This document shows positions 42,466-53,563 of a stretch of DNA of 64,000 nt, piece after piece; within the stretch, counting starts at the first letter, position 1, and each line of letters begins with the position of its first letter. Origin of the DNA: Phormidesmis sp. (lineage in GTDB: Bacteria; Cyanobacteriota; Cyanobacteriia; Leptolyngbyales; Leptolyngbyaceae). The position numbers and the translations under genes are program-made. The notes beneath the pieces are model-generated. The model was not told the origin of the DNA. It worked only from the letters and a program-made list of their open reading frames with translations, and searched no databases. Where the stretch lies: positions 2,400,001 to 2,464,000 of the forward strand of contig CBDFJR010000002.1 in assembly GCA_965248535.1 (NCBI GenBank). The letters run 5' to 3'.

Positions 42466-43122
42466 ATGAATCAAATCGCCTCAACAGTTCCCACGATCGA
42501 GACAGACACCTGGGTAAAAGCTAGCTGGGAAACCTTGTCTGCTTTGGCGGATGATCCGGCTTATGAAAATGGGCGACTTTATTACGATCGTGGAAACTTA
42601 AGAATCGAAATGGCAGCCCTCGGATCAGCACATGGTCAAGACAATACCGTGCTTTCTAACGTCGTCGCTATCTTTGCAGCCCTTAAGAATCTTCGGACTA
42701 AAGGATTGACCAATGCAAGTTTTTGGAAAACGGGAGTCAGAGGGTGTCAGCCTGATCTCGCGTTTTATATTGGAACAGAATTTGGACAACTCCCCCGCAA
42801 CAATTCTCCTGTAAATGTCGATGAGTTTGGCGCGCCAAGTTTGGTGATTGAGATTGGAGCCTCCTCCTTTCAAGATGACTTGGGAAATAAGCGCCTACTG
42901 TATGAGCAGCTTGGGATTCAAGAATATTGGGTTGTAAACGTTGAGACGAGCGAAGTGTTTGCCTTTAAGGTCAATCAGGGATCGAGCGGTCGAATTCACG
43001 AATCGCTGGTCTTGCCCAGATTGAAGATTTCCCTCGTCGAAGAAGCATTACAGCGCAGTCAGGTAGAGGATGATGGCACAATTAACCGTTGGTTACTGCA
43101 AACCTTCACAGATCTTTCTTAA
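42466..43122 (+). CDS. Uma2 family endonuclease
   Basis: [30 protein letters not shown]. Confidence 0.88.
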   Translation: MNQIASTVPTIETDTWVKASWETLSALADDPAYENGRLYYDRGNLRIEMAALGSAHGQDNTVLSNVVAIFAALKNLRTKGLTNASFWKTGVRGCQPDLAFYIGTEFGQLPRNNSPVNVDEFGAPSLVIEIGASSFQDDLGNKRLLYEQLGIQEYWVVNVETSEVFAFKVNQGSSGRIHESLVLPRLKISLVEEALQRSQVEDDGTINRWLLQTFTDLS

Positions 43123-43139
43123 CTCAATCCCTAGCTTTT

Positions 43140-44201
43140 ATGTCTCTCAAAAACCAGGTTTTTCCCGTAGTTTGGCAAGACGATCGAGTCTTGCTGATCG
43201 ATCAAACCCGTCTCCCTGGCGAATATGCGCTGGTGGATATTCATCGCTGTGATGACATGGTGCAGGCGATTAAAACGATGATTGTGCGAGGGGCCCCCGC
43301 GATCGGAGTCGCTGCCGCCTATGGGATGTATCTCGGCGCACGCGAAATTGAAACCAGCGATCGTGACCACTTTCTCACCCAACTCGAAGACGTTGCCAAG
43401 ACCCTGCGCGCCACTCGCCCCACGGCAGTGAATTTATTTTGGGCGATCGAGCGAATGCTCAAAACCGCCCGCCAAACCCTGGGCAGCGTGGACTATTTGA
43501 AGCAAGTCATGCTCAAAACGGCAAAGATGATTAACGCCGACGACATTGAGACGTGCAAAGCGATCGGCGATCATGGGTTGGCGACTCTGCCCTCTGCGCC
43601 GGGCAAACTGCGGCTGTTGACTCACTGCAACGCTGGCGCACTGGCGACGGCAGGCTATGGCACCGCTCTGGGAGTGGTGCGATCGGCGTGGCAAGCTGAT
43701 CGGCTAGAGCGAGTTTATGCTGACGAAACCCGACCTCGGCTGCAAGGCGCAAAACTCACCGCCTGGGAATGTGTGCAGGAGGGCATTCCCGTCACGGTGA
43801 TCACCGACAACATGGCGGCCCACTGTATGCAGCGCGGCATGATTGATGCAGTGGTCGTCGGAGCCGATCGCATCGCTGCTAATGGCGACACTGCCAATAA
43901 AATCGGCACTTATAGCGTGGCACTGATTGCCAAGGCGCACAAAATTCCGTTTTTTGTCGCGGCTCCGCTGTCCACGATCGACTTCGAGATTAGCGATGGC
44001 AGTCAGATTCCGATCGAAGAACGCGATCCGTCTGAAATCTATCGGGTCGGAGAAACCCTGCTCTGTCCGCCCGGAGTTGATTATTACAATCCCGCTTTTG
44101 ATGTCACCCCGGCAGATTTGATTGCGGCGATCGTCACCGAGCATGGAGCGTTTGCCCCTAGTCAACTCCACGGCGAGTTGCATGAAAAAAGAGTTCTCTA
44201 A
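43140..44201 (+). CDS. mtnA: S-methyl-5-thioribose-1-phosphate isomerase
   Basis: [39 protein letters not shown]. Confidence 0.96.
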   Translation: MSLKNQVFPVVWQDDRVLLIDQTRLPGEYALVDIHRCDDMVQAIKTMIVRGAPAIGVAAAYGMYLGAREIETSDRDHFLTQLEDVAKTLRATRPTAVNLFWAIERMLKTARQTLGSVDYLKQVMLKTAKMINADDIETCKAIGDHGLATLPSAPGKLRLLTHCNAGALATAGYGTALGVVRSAWQADRLERVYADETRPRLQGAKLTAWECVQEGIPVTVITDNMAAHCMQRGMIDAVVVGADRIAANGDTANKIGTYSVALIAKAHKIPFFVAAPLSTIDFEISDGSQIPIEERDPSEIYRVGETLLCPPGVDYYNPAFDVTPADLIAAIVTEHGAFAPSQLHGELHEKRVL

Positions 44202-44338
44202 CTTGGCGAGAGGCAAACCCCGCCTGAACCCGCGTAGGGCATGGCAATGCCCACTAGTGTCAACTTAACACAATCAGTTCCTGATCTATACCAGGCAATA
44301 GATTGATCTAAGCAATGGATATCAGAATTCGATCGCCG

Positions 44339-45325
44339 CTAATTTCGCAAGCGATCGAGTTCTGTTTGCATTTCTGCTCTGAGATCTTCGGCTTGATGAT
44401 AGGTGTGCGATCGCGCCGACTCATGATGCAGTGAATGTGTCCAGGGATGCTGAACTGGCTGAAAATAATAACGCAGCCGCGTTCTCACGGCCCACACTCC
44501 CATTGATGGGAAAAACACAAACAAAACTACCAACGGTGACACAGGAAGTAATGGCAGCTTGAACCATCGTGCCAATCGTTTGCTGTTAACCGCCCAAGGG
44601 TGCAAATATTCACTGCCGAGGCAAACCACGGGCAAAATCTGCACCTGATGCTGAACGCTAAGACGAATAAAACTTGGATCAAACGTGGCTAAATTATAGC
44701 GATCGTGCCATCCCTTAACGAGACCTCGCCAGCTTTCGGGCGCATAGAGCAGCAGGTTTTTTTGCGAAACGGCCGCTTCAAAGCTCTGTTTTTCGGCTCT
44801 GACTCCCCCCAAGATCTGCGCCCAGCCGCGAGGCACCCACCACACTAGCCAGGGATGATCAAAAAAGAGCGCGTGCGCTACGGGCTGCACATACCAGCCT
44901 TTTTTTTGACTTAAGAGAACGCCCAGGCACAAAAAATCCCATGGAAAACACATGCCTGCGTGGTTAAGGATCACGATCGCAGGGGGCTGATCCGGCAGGT
45001 TTTCTAACTGGTGCAACTCGGCTCGAAAAAATCGGGTCGCGATCGGGGTCAAAATCTCCTCGCGAAACGCCTGCTGATAGTGTAGGTCGGGCTGAGTAGC
45101 GGGCGATTGCGGCGCTCTAAACCCCAGCCTCATCCACCGCAGCAGCAGCGCCACATAAAACCCACCCGGAATCAAAAACAGCAGATATTCCAACCAGTTC
45201 CAGCCGTCAGGATCAGGCTTATAGTGTTGCCAATGGCGATTAAACAGAATCAACCAACCAGGCGGATACCACAGGCAAAGCCAATCAAACCAACCAAACT
45301 GATAGGAGCCATCGGTCTTATTCAC
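44339..45325 (-). CDS. PlsC-like acyltransferase
   Basis: NHAGMCFPWD, YAPES. Confidence 0.8.
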   Translation of the reverse strand: MNKTDGSYQFGWFDWLCLWYPPGWLILFNRHWQHYKPDPDGWNWLEYLLFLIPGGFYVALLLRWMRLGFRAPQSPATQPDLHYQQAFREEILTPIATRFFRAELHQLENLPDQPPAIVILNHAGMCFPWDFLCLGVLLSQKKGWYVQPVAHALFFDHPWLVWWVPRGWAQILGGVRAEKQSFEAAVSQKNLLLYAPESWRGLVKGWHDRYNLATFDPSFIRLSVQHQVQILPVVCLGSEYLHPWAVNSKRLARWFKLPLLPVSPLVVLFVFFPSMGVWAVRTRLRYYFQPVQHPWTHSLHHESARSHTYHQAEDLRAEMQTELDRLRN

Positions 45326-45393
45326 AGCAAGATTCAGCGATTCACAGCCAATCTAGTTATATCAATTTGAAGAAGATCCTCCCAAAATTTATC

Positions 45394-46813
45394 TCATTTC
45401 ACCAGTTCTGCTTGCTTTTCGGGCTTTGGCTCTTCGAGCGGCAATCCCAACACTTGGCGATAGAGCTTGATGTATTCGATCGCTGATTTGTCCCAGCTAA
45501 AGTTTTGTTTCATGCCGCGCTGCTGAAGTTCTTGCCACTGAGGTTTAAATCTAAACGCCTCCCACGCCCGCACCAGACAGGTATAGAGGTCAAGCGGCTC
45601 ATAGCGATCGAAGCAGTAGCCCGTTCCGGCATGGTTCATCGGGTCGTGGTGCGTGACCGTATCGACTAAGCCCACCTGTGCGGCGCACGATCGGGACACA
45701 CCCATAGCGCAACGCCAGCATTTGGCTAATCCCACAGGGTTCAAATCGCGACGGCATCAAAAAGGTGTCTGCTCCAGCATAAATGCGTCTCGCTAGGGCA
45801 TCGTTGTAGAGCAAATAGACGGCCATCCGTCCCGGATATCGACCTGCGAGTTGCCACATTTGGGTTTCATAATAGCGATCGCCCGTTCCTAATAAGATGA
45901 ACTGAGCATCGCTGTAGGCCATGAAGCGATCGAGCATTTGAATCACGAGATCCAATCCTTTTTGCTCGACTAATCGCGACACCATGCCCAAGACCAACGC
46001 CTTTGAGTTGACTTCTAAGCCGACTTCTTCTTGGAGGGCAATTTTGTTTTTAACGCGCTGATCAATGGTCTCGATCGTGAAGGGCTGTGCCAGACTCTTA
46101 TCCACCGCCGGATCGTAGGCCTCGGTGTCAATGCCGTTAAGAATGCCGGACAGTTTGCTGCCAATAAACGACAGCAATCCCTCTAGGGTTTCACCATAGG
46201 CAGGGGTTTTAATCTGGTCAGCATAGGTGGGCGAAACGGTGTTGACGCGATCGGCAAACTGCACCGCCGCCGCCATCACGTTATGACCCTGCATATACCA
46301 CGGGCACCAGGTCATCTTTTCTAGCTTCCAGCGCCACGGCCCTTGATAAGCCAGGTTGTGAATCGTGAACACTGTTGAAATATCGGGGTCTTGGTGCATC
46401 CACACCGGAATCATGCCCGTGTGCCAGTCGTGACAATGGACGATTTCAGGCTTCCAATAATTCCAACAAAATTCTGCGGCCCCGTTAGAAAAGAAGGTAA
46501 ACCGCCAATCTTCATCGTCTCCGCCATAGACGCGACGCGGATCAAACACCGGATGCCCAAATAGATAAAGGGGAACATCAGAGCCGGGCAACACCGCTTC
46601 ATAGACTGCGAACTGATTAAACATGGCGCTGCCCTTCCAAATTGGGTCAGCGGGGATGTCAATTTTGTCTGACAAAAACCCATAGTAGGGCATAAAAATC
46701 CGCACGTCGTGCCCCATGTCTCTCAGCACTTTGGGCAGCGCACCGACCACATCCCCCATTCCACCGACTTTAGCGATCGGCGCAGCTTCGGCAGCAACTA
46801 TCAAAATTCGCAT
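45394..46813 (-). CDS. glgA: Glycogen synthase with a +1 frameshift near 45672 (possible assembly error)
   Basis: [30 protein letters not shown] continues as LVDTV in the other frame to 45394. Confidence 0.9.
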
Positions 46814-46959
46814 CTTAGCTCTCGTGTCCCCTTAGAGTGGTCAGCATTGTGATCATACCGATTAAGGGGCACGGTTCAACGGCTTGGCGCGATCGCATGT
46901 TTCCGATCGCACCTTCTCGTCTGTGACAGAATGAAATCACCCATCGTGAGCCAAGTCCC

Positions 46960-47640
46960 ATGCTGAAACGTTCCTCAGTCTCAGTGCCACGGTTAGAGAA
47001 TGGCGATCGACTGTCTCGCGTCGAATTTGAGCGTCGCTATGCAGAGACTCCTGAAAAATTTAAGGCAGAACTCATTGAAGGAACTGTTTACGTGGCATCT
47101 CCAGTTCGAGTCAAAAATCACGGTAGACCTCACGCCTACGTCATGGGCTGGCTGGCTTTTTATGTTTCAGCAACGCCAAGAGTCGATATTGCAGACAACT
47201 CAACCGTCAGATTAGATCTCGACAACGAACCTCAGCCCGATGCCTTGCTGCGAATTGAGCCAGAGTTTGGCGGCAAGTCTCGCATCACCGAAGACGATTA
47301 CATTGAGGGTTCTCCAGAACTCGTAATCGAAATCGCGGCAAGTAGTGCTTCTGTGGATATGAACGCCAAACTCAACGCTTATCGCCGCAACGGAGTGCAA
47401 GAGTATCTGGTTTGGCAAGTTTACGAAAATCAAATCGCCTGGTTTTGCCTACAAGATGGTGAGTATATCCGTTTACAACCCGATGCGATAGGAATGATTA
47501 GGAGTCGAGTTTTCCCAGGACTTTGGTTAGCCGTGGACGCACTTTTGAGGGGAGAGTTAGCAACGGTTCTCACAGAGTTGCAAACCGGATTAGCAACACC
47601 AGAACATGGGGAATTTGTCGATCGACTCAGCAAAAAATAG
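46960..47640 (+). CDS. Uma2 family endonuclease
   Basis: LENGDRL, EPQPDALL, PELVIEI, YRRNGVQEYLVW. Confidence 0.9.
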   Translation: MLKRSSVSVPRLENGDRLSRVEFERRYAETPEKFKAELIEGTVYVASPVRVKNHGRPHAYVMGWLAFYVSATPRVDIADNSTVRLDLDNEPQPDALLRIEPEFGGKSRITEDDYIEGSPELVIEIAASSASVDMNAKLNAYRRNGVQEYLVWQVYENQIAWFCLQDGEYIRLQPDAIGMIRSRVFPGLWLAVDALLRGELATVLTELQTGLATPEHGEFVDRLSKK

Positions 47641-47729
47641 AAAGTTTGTTCCTTGCGTTTTCGTTGAATTAGTTATCGAGAATCAATTCGCCAGAGCAAT
47701 GCACCAAATCAATTTAAAATAGCTTCGAT

Positions 47730-48407
47730 TCACGGGGTGGCCATAACTTCCTTGATTACTTCCAAAACTTCTTTGGGGTGCGAAATCATTGGAAAATGGC
47801 TTGATTCCACAATAATTGTTTTTGCACTCATTCTCTGAGACAAGTCACGCTGTAAATCAGGCGGAACAGATTTATCGTTCGTCGCTAAGATATACCAGCT
47901 TGGTTTATCTTTCCAAGCGGGTAAACCTGCCTTAACTTCCATTAATGATGTTGAGGGTGGCGTTTGAGTCGCATGGATTATTACCTTTCTTTCTTCGGAG
48001 AGATCGTTTGCCAAAACTTCATCTACACCTTCTTTAGAAATCCAAACAAAACCATTTTGTTCTTGAAAATGTGGTGAAGGTTTTCCATATTTACTCATTA
48101 GATCAATCATAGACTCGCCAGCATCGGGAGCCAGCGCCGCAATATACACTAAACCAGAAACTCGTTCGTCATTGCCGACTTCAGTAATGACAAAACCGCC
48201 CCACGAATGACCAACCAGAATACATTTTCCCTCGGTGCGATCCAAAGCACGTCTTGTCGCAGCAATATCGTCCGTCAGAGATGTTAGCGGGTTTTGAACT
48301 GCAATAACGTTGTAGCCTTCTGCCAACAGCGTCGGAATAATTTCGTTGTAACAAGAGCCATCTGCCCAAAAACCGTGAACCAATAGAATGTTTTTAACTT
48401 CGCTCAT
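47730..48407 (-). CDS. Alpha/beta hydrolase
   Basis: LVHGFWADGS, GHSWGG, SSHFPMISHP. Confidence 0.88.
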   Translation of the reverse strand: MSEVKNILLVHGFWADGSCYNEIIPTLLAEGYNVIAVQNPLTSLTDDIAATRRALDRTEGKCILVGHSWGGFVITEVGNDERVSGLVYIAALAPDAGESMIDLMSKYGKPSPHFQEQNGFVWISKEGVDEVLANDLSEERKVIIHATQTPPSTSLMEVKAGLPAWKDKPSWYILATNDKSVPPDLQRDLSQRMSAKTIIVESSHFPMISHPKEVLEVIKEVMATP

Positions 48408-48573
48408 AAATATTTCTGCAACTGCAAATTAGCCATAGAGCATCTGCGATAGCGTTGCCAAAAGCTGTCGAACTATTGTTTCTGCCGTTTTGACTCCTCT
48501 TAATCAGGATAATATGCTTTACGGGGAACTACGCTGTCTAAGTTCAAACCACGATCGCACCACCTAACAAACT

Positions 48574-49416
48574 ATGGCAACCAACGAAAACTGGGTAGAT
48601 GTAGGGTCACTGGGTTGGTTTTATCGAGAGGCTGAGGCGATCGGGCGCAGCGATCGCTCACCCGTTTTGCTCCTGCATGGGTTGATCTCTCAAAGCTATA
48701 GCTGGCGAAAGGTGATGCCCGTTTTAGCAGAACAGGGATTTCGCACGATCGCCCCTGATTGGGTGGGCTGCGGCTATTCAGATAAGCCCGATCGTCGAGA
48801 GTTTGCCTACACGCCAGAGCGTCTGCTCACCGCGCTCACAGACCTGATTTCTGAGTTGAAGCTAGAGACGTTTTCGCTAGTGGCGCAAGGATTTTTGGGG
48901 TCGGTTGGCGTTCAATATGCGCTGCGGCATCCTCAGCAGGTTGAGCGGCTTGCTATTCTCAATGCGCCGCTTAGTCAAACGGTTAAGCTTCCCTGGAAGC
49001 TCCAGCAGATGGGCATTCCATTAGTTGGCGATATGTTGACCCAAAACCCGCTGCTGGTCGATCGCCTTCTTGAAGGCGCAGGCGGCTATCGCATTAACGA
49101 TCAGGATATGGATATTTATCGCCGCCCTTGGATCAAGAGTTCTGATGCGGGTCGGGCCTTAATGGCGCTGCTGCAAAATTTGCAGCTTCCGCAAGTGACC
49201 GCAGAAATTGAGACGGGCTTAACCCAGTGGGATCAGCCGCTGCTGTTGGCTTGGGGAGCGCGTGACCCTTGGCTGCCGATGGCGATCGCGCAAACGATCG
49301 CGCAATCTCACAAAACCGCCGAGTTTGTCGCCCTTGAAGAAGTCGGCCACTACCCCCAAGAAGATTGGCACGAAAAAGTCAGCGAAGCGCTAGTAACGTT
49401 TTTGCGACGACGTTAA
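48574..49416 (+). CDS. Alpha/beta fold hydrolase
   Basis: LLHGL, APDWVGCGYSDKP, WGARDPW, GHYPQED. Confidence 0.88.
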   Translation: MATNENWVDVGSLGWFYREAEAIGRSDRSPVLLLHGLISQSYSWRKVMPVLAEQGFRTIAPDWVGCGYSDKPDRREFAYTPERLLTALTDLISELKLETFSLVAQGFLGSVGVQYALRHPQQVERLAILNAPLSQTVKLPWKLQQMGIPLVGDMLTQNPLLVDRLLEGAGGYRINDQDMDIYRRPWIKSSDAGRALMALLQNLQLPQVTAEIETGLTQWDQPLLLAWGARDPWLPMAIAQTIAQSHKTAEFVALEEVGHYPQEDWHEKVSEALVTFLRRR

Positions 49417-49522
49417 AAAAATCGGGACTGAGTTATTGCTAACCTAGTCCCCGTGTGGGCGTGGCGTTGCTGTGCCCTCTGAGAAATCTGCCGTGTCTCG
49501 TTGGATCTGTACAAACCAATCT

Positions 49523-50332
49523 TTATAAATCAGAAGCAGACGATTTGCTAAACATCGGGGCCAAAAATGCCACCAGCGCCCCTAACGCAAACCCTGACAC
49601 ATTGCGAAATAGCGGCAGCCAATCAGACGTGCGCGTCACCACCGGGCCCACCCCAAACGCGAGAAATAAAATGCCCCAAAGCGGCGAAAAGATCAGCGCC
49701 CACTGCCACGAAAAGCCCTTTCCTTCTTGACCTTTGCGAGGCTGCCCTGCAAACCCAAAAATCACGCCCCCGATCGTAGAAGTCACCAGCGTGAGCACCC
49801 ATTGTTCTCTAGGCAAGCCCGGCACAACGCTGCAACCGTTTTGACGCAGACAGAGTTTGACCGCATCTAGAGCTTGAATGATGGACTGGTCTTCACCATT
49901 TTCACGGACAAAAAACTGGTTGCCAAATCGGGTCTGTAGCTCGATCCAAAAAGTCCGAGAGAGCAGGGGATAGAAATCATCTCCCACACTGAAGTTAAGA
50001 ATGTTGCCGCCTCGTTGATCAGCAACCAGCATCACACTTTTTTTATCAAGCCCCCAAAATTGTTTAACGGCAGTGCCCGGAGTGCGATCGAACTGGGTCA
50101 GCACTCGCAGCTTCCAGCCTGTTTCGGCTTCAAACTCTCCCAGATTCTTAGAGAGCGTCTCTTCTTGAACGGCGGTTAATATCTTGGCCAGATCAATCAC
50201 GTTAGTAGGCTGGTCGGGCAATAGATCTGGGTTGTTGTAGGCCTGCGCTGCGGGCGCGATCGTCCAGATCGATAGCGTTAGACAACAGACAGTGACTGCC
50301 TTCCAAAAAGGGCGACTCAAAAAATGGTGCAT
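49523..50332 (-). CDS. TPM-domain-containing protein
   Basis: Signal peptide, VIDLA..L, WKLRVLTQ, C-terminal TM helices. Confidence 0.8.
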   Translation of the reverse strand: MHHFLSRPFWKAVTVCCLTLSIWTIAPAAQAYNNPDLLPDQPTNVIDLAKILTAVQEETLSKNLGEFEAETGWKLRVLTQFDRTPGTAVKQFWGLDKKSVMLVADQRGGNILNFSVGDDFYPLLSRTFWIELQTRFGNQFFVRENGEDQSIIQALDAVKLCLRQNGCSVVPGLPREQWVLTLVTSTIGGVIFGFAGQPRKGQEGKGFSWQWALIFSPLWGILFLAFGVGPVVTRTSDWLPLFRNVSGFALGALVAFLAPMFSKSSASDL

Positions 50333-50746
50333 TGACGTTTGAGATAGGGGTGATTAAACGAGATGGGCAGATATCTGAAGCGGCCGGCGTGATCAGGCTT
50401 ACTTTTCTTTACATTTGTTTACTCTAATCTAATATTAGGAGCCTAAGGGGAACTGAGTCAATTTGCTGAGTGAAGTTTGCCCAAAAAAGGCACCCCTTGC
50501 GGGCGCTGATCGTCAATGAGGCTAAAAAAGGGCTAGAAATTATTGCTCTCACTGCGAGGAGGGGGGTTAACGTCACCCCGATCGCTGGGGTCTCTGAGTG
50601 CGTCGCGGAAGCCATTTCTAGGCACCTCTGACGAGTGGGAGTCTAGCTCTGAGTTGCCCAAGTCCTCGACTTCAGGGTAAGCAAGATAGCTAGGAGAGAC
50701 GTAGGAGCGATCGTGGGGTTCGCCAGAGCGCTCAGAGCGGCGAGAT

Positions 50747-51175
50747 TCATTCACCTCGATCGGGGCTGCGGGGCGACGAACTCAGGCGATCAGCCCGCCT
50801 CGCCTTAGCAGCAGGCTGAGTCAGCGTTTTCCAAGCTGCTTTGGCTCCCGCAAACACGCTGCGACTGGTGGTTTGGGCTTTCTGGACTTGCTGCTTGACC
50901 CCGCTGATGCTCTGGTCAACTTGCTTGACAACCTGCCCCGCGCTTTGCACGCCCTGACTCATATCGTCTGTCAGTTCACTAATCTCTAGCCCCGTCAGCC
51001 TAATCGCCTCCAACGTGGGAGGAAGCTCACGGTTGAGGGTGTCAAACAGCTTTTCGGCACTGCGAGCAGCGCGGCTCAGTTCTTGAATCGCGGGCACCAT
51101 GACCACCAAGACGGCAGTCAGGCTAACTGCCACCAATAGAATCGAGAGTCCTAACCAAAAGAGGGGATCAATCAC
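50747..51175 (-). CDS. DUF948-like protein (may extend to 50533 via frameshift)
   Basis: MIDPLFWLGLS, ELPPTLEAIRLTG; follows YtxH gene. Confidence 0.8.
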   Translation of the reverse strand: MIDPLFWLGLSILLVAVSLTAVLVVMVPAIQELSRAARSAEKLFDTLNRELPPTLEAIRLTGLEISELTDDMSQGVQSAGQVVKQVDQSISGVKQQVQKAQTTSRSVFAGAKAAWKTLTQPAAKARRADRLSSSPRSPDRGE

Positions 51176-51185
51176 CAGATTTCGC

Positions 51186-51539
51186 CTATAGCAAACGATC
51201 GCGGAGAGGGGTTTGAGGGTCAGTGGGTGGCTCTAGGTCGGTGCGATTGAGCAGTTGGTGTTCGCGCTGAGTGGCATCTAGCCCCGCAGATACGGCTTCA
51301 CGTAACCGTCCTAGGGTGCCGTCCCAGTTTCGCAAAGCGGTTTCTGAAAGTCTATCTGCCTGAAGTTGCACGGTCGTTGAGAGATCTTCTGCCAACTCTG
51401 GGAGCGCGTCAGCAGATTTTTTGATTAGCTGTCGAGTCTCACGTCCGGTACGAGGGGCAACCAGCAGACCTGCGATCGCTCCAAAGGCGGCCCCGATGAT
51501 CATTCCTCCCAAAAAAGCTCCAGAACGATTGTTTGACAT
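51186..51539 (-). CDS. YtxH-domain protein
   Basis: FLGG..IGAA.G...GLL.APRTGRETR. Confidence 0.9.
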   Translation of the reverse strand: MSNNRSGAFLGGMIIGAAFGAIAGLLVAPRTGRETRQLIKKSADALPELAEDLSTTVQLQADRLSETALRNWDGTLGRLREAVSAGLDATQREHQLLNRTDLEPPTDPQTPLRDRLL

Positions 51540-51827
51540 ATCCTCGCACTAATCCTTTGTTAACGCCTGCTCAGACTTTGCATTTGGGCAAGTTAACCCC
51601 ATTCTGCCAGAATCTTGCTGAATCCTTCCAGACTATGGGACAGATCTCAGAAGCTTAGGCAGATCTGCAAACTCGTCTGTCTTCTCTAAGTATCTCAAGG
51701 ATTAAAAGCTAGAGACGTTGCAAAAGGAAAGTTTGGTGAGGAGTTGTCCATCCGGTTCTCTTGGCAGACCCTAAATTTTGTGAGAGGGTTTAGATCTGAA
51801 CTGGGCTTTTAGCCTGTCCGATCGGAA

Positions 51828-52184
51828 TTATTTTCTCAATTTGTTGGGTGATTTTCTAACCGCCTGCTGAGATGGGGTTGAGAAAGGCAAAAATCGGGTG
51901 CGTTGCCACACTGTTTGTCCTAGACTCAACAGTGCTAGGGCCTGTCTGGCTTGCTGATAGTGAGGCTCTAGCTGCTGATAGCGCTGTCGAAGCTGGCGCG
52001 TTTTGATCTGACCCTTGAGAATTGCGTCAGGGGCACCGTGGAGTGCAGCATGGGTGTTTTTTTCAGCGATCGTCAACACATCGGCCGCGTGGGCGATCGC
52101 TCGTCTAAACTGCCCCACCTTCCACGCGACATAAAAGCCGCCGAGCGCCAAGAGCAGATTGACCGTCACAACCAATGTCAGCAT
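51828..52184 (-). CDS. Hypothetical membrane-anchored protein
   Basis: 118-aa ORF with N-terminal TM segment. Confidence 0.65.
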   Translation of the reverse strand: MLTLVVTVNLLLALGGFYVAWKVGQFRRAIAHAADVLTIAEKNTHAALHGAPDAILKGQIKTRQLRQRYQQLEPHYQQARQALALLSLGQTVWQRTRFLPFSTPSQQAVRKSPNKLRK

Positions 52185-52277
52185 TTTTGTGTCTTTGCAG
52201 CAGCGGTTTGCAAGGTTGACCCATTTTCAGCATCATAGCGCCATCTGTTAAAAGCGCGGGTCTGAGATTGAAGGAGA

Positions 52278-53087
52278 TCAGGATCTTGATTTCCGTTTAA
52301 GTAGTGTTTTGGCGCTCAAAGTCGCGATCGCCACTAAACTGATGGCTGACGTTGATTCTGGAACCGATTTGATCGGCACGGCGCTGCTGCCGTTGGCGCG
52401 CAATAGCCAATAGCCCGCTGTATAGACATCGCTATCGGTTAACTTAGGAGGCTGGGGAAGCGGATTGATCCCGCGGGTGGAGTCGCTAAACACGAGCCAA
52501 GACTTGCCGCCTCTAGCAACTTTGTCAGTCGGGTTAGGAATGTCAAGCGCCGCCGGAAATTGTCCTTCTTTTTGGTTGGGAAACAGAGCGGCTATGTAGA
52601 ACGTTCCCTCGACTGGCTGACGCTGCTTAAACACGATTCTAGAAAAAACATCAGAGCGGTCAGGCCGCGTCGTATCGGGGGGCTGAACGATCGTGTCTTC
52701 TTCGGCTAAAAGCTCTAACTGCTGGTCATTATTCGTGTCGGCGTATAGAAAAACTTTTGCGGGTTCGTTAGAGAGTCCGGCGGTGAGTAAGGGAGTTTGA
52801 GTGCAGGGATCGGTGACTCGCGCACCCCAAACGATGTCGATCGAGTCAATAAACTCGCCCCCGGCTCTAGCGTTAAAAGAATTGAGCCACATCAAATCGC
52901 CCAAAACGCGGGGAGGAGTGGGTTGAGCAGGTGGCTGAGAAGCCCGATTGCAGGTGGTCAGCCCTACGGCTGCGTTGCTCTCTCCATCGTCAAGCTGATA
53001 GACCGTGGCGGCCCTCGCCGCAGACGGCAGAGAGAGGGTGGCGATCGCGCTCAGGGTGACAAGTCTAGTAGTGAATTGCTGAAACAT
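52278..53087 (-). CDS. PEP-CTERM-like secreted protein
   Basis: Signal peptide (A-R-A); C-terminal VPES, hydrophobic stretch, KRKSRS. Confidence 0.75.
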   Translation of the reverse strand: MFQQFTTRLVTLSAIATLSLPSAARAATVYQLDDGESNAAVGLTTCNRASQPPAQPTPPRVLGDLMWLNSFNARAGGEFIDSIDIVWGARVTDPCTQTPLLTAGLSNEPAKVFLYADTNNDQQLELLAEEDTIVQPPDTTRPDRSDVFSRIVFKQRQPVEGTFYIAALFPNQKEGQFPAALDIPNPTDKVARGGKSWLVFSDSTRGINPLPQPPKLTDSDVYTAGYWLLRANGSSAVPIKSVPESTSAISLVAIATLSAKTLLKRKSRS

Positions 53088-53563
53088 GGGGCTACTTCCT
53101 AGACGGAATGGTGATCGATAGTCAGGAACGAAAGATTCAAGAACAAATTAAAGAATAGGAAGGACGGTTCCAGATAACTCATCCGTATTTTGCGAGTTAT
53201 TACTTACTGGTTACTACCGAGTGATTAACGGATTCCCCGGAGAAACCGCCATAAGTTACGTAGTTTTGCGGAGGAACTTCAACAACTTTGTCAAAGCTTT
53301 TTAGAAAGCGTCGGTAGGTCGAAGGTTTTGGGGGAAGTCTCATGGTTTAAGGGATTGCGTAAATTAACGATCGTCTGGTTTGCCTGATTATTTTGTTAGC
53401 TGAATCCAAGGTATAAGCAGTGAGTTAAAACTGCACAAAGGCAAGCGAGAATTCATAGATTTTTCTTAAATGAGTGATCTGAGGAGCATTTCTAACGTCT
53501 ACAAAGCGATCTTTCGCTGTCAGCAGTGATACGCTGGTTGCGATTCACTTCGCACGCAACTCT

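Noticed and set aside
50430..50750. Structured ncRNA
   Set aside because: Better explained as the frameshifted tail of the DUF948 gene; no recognisable RNA motif
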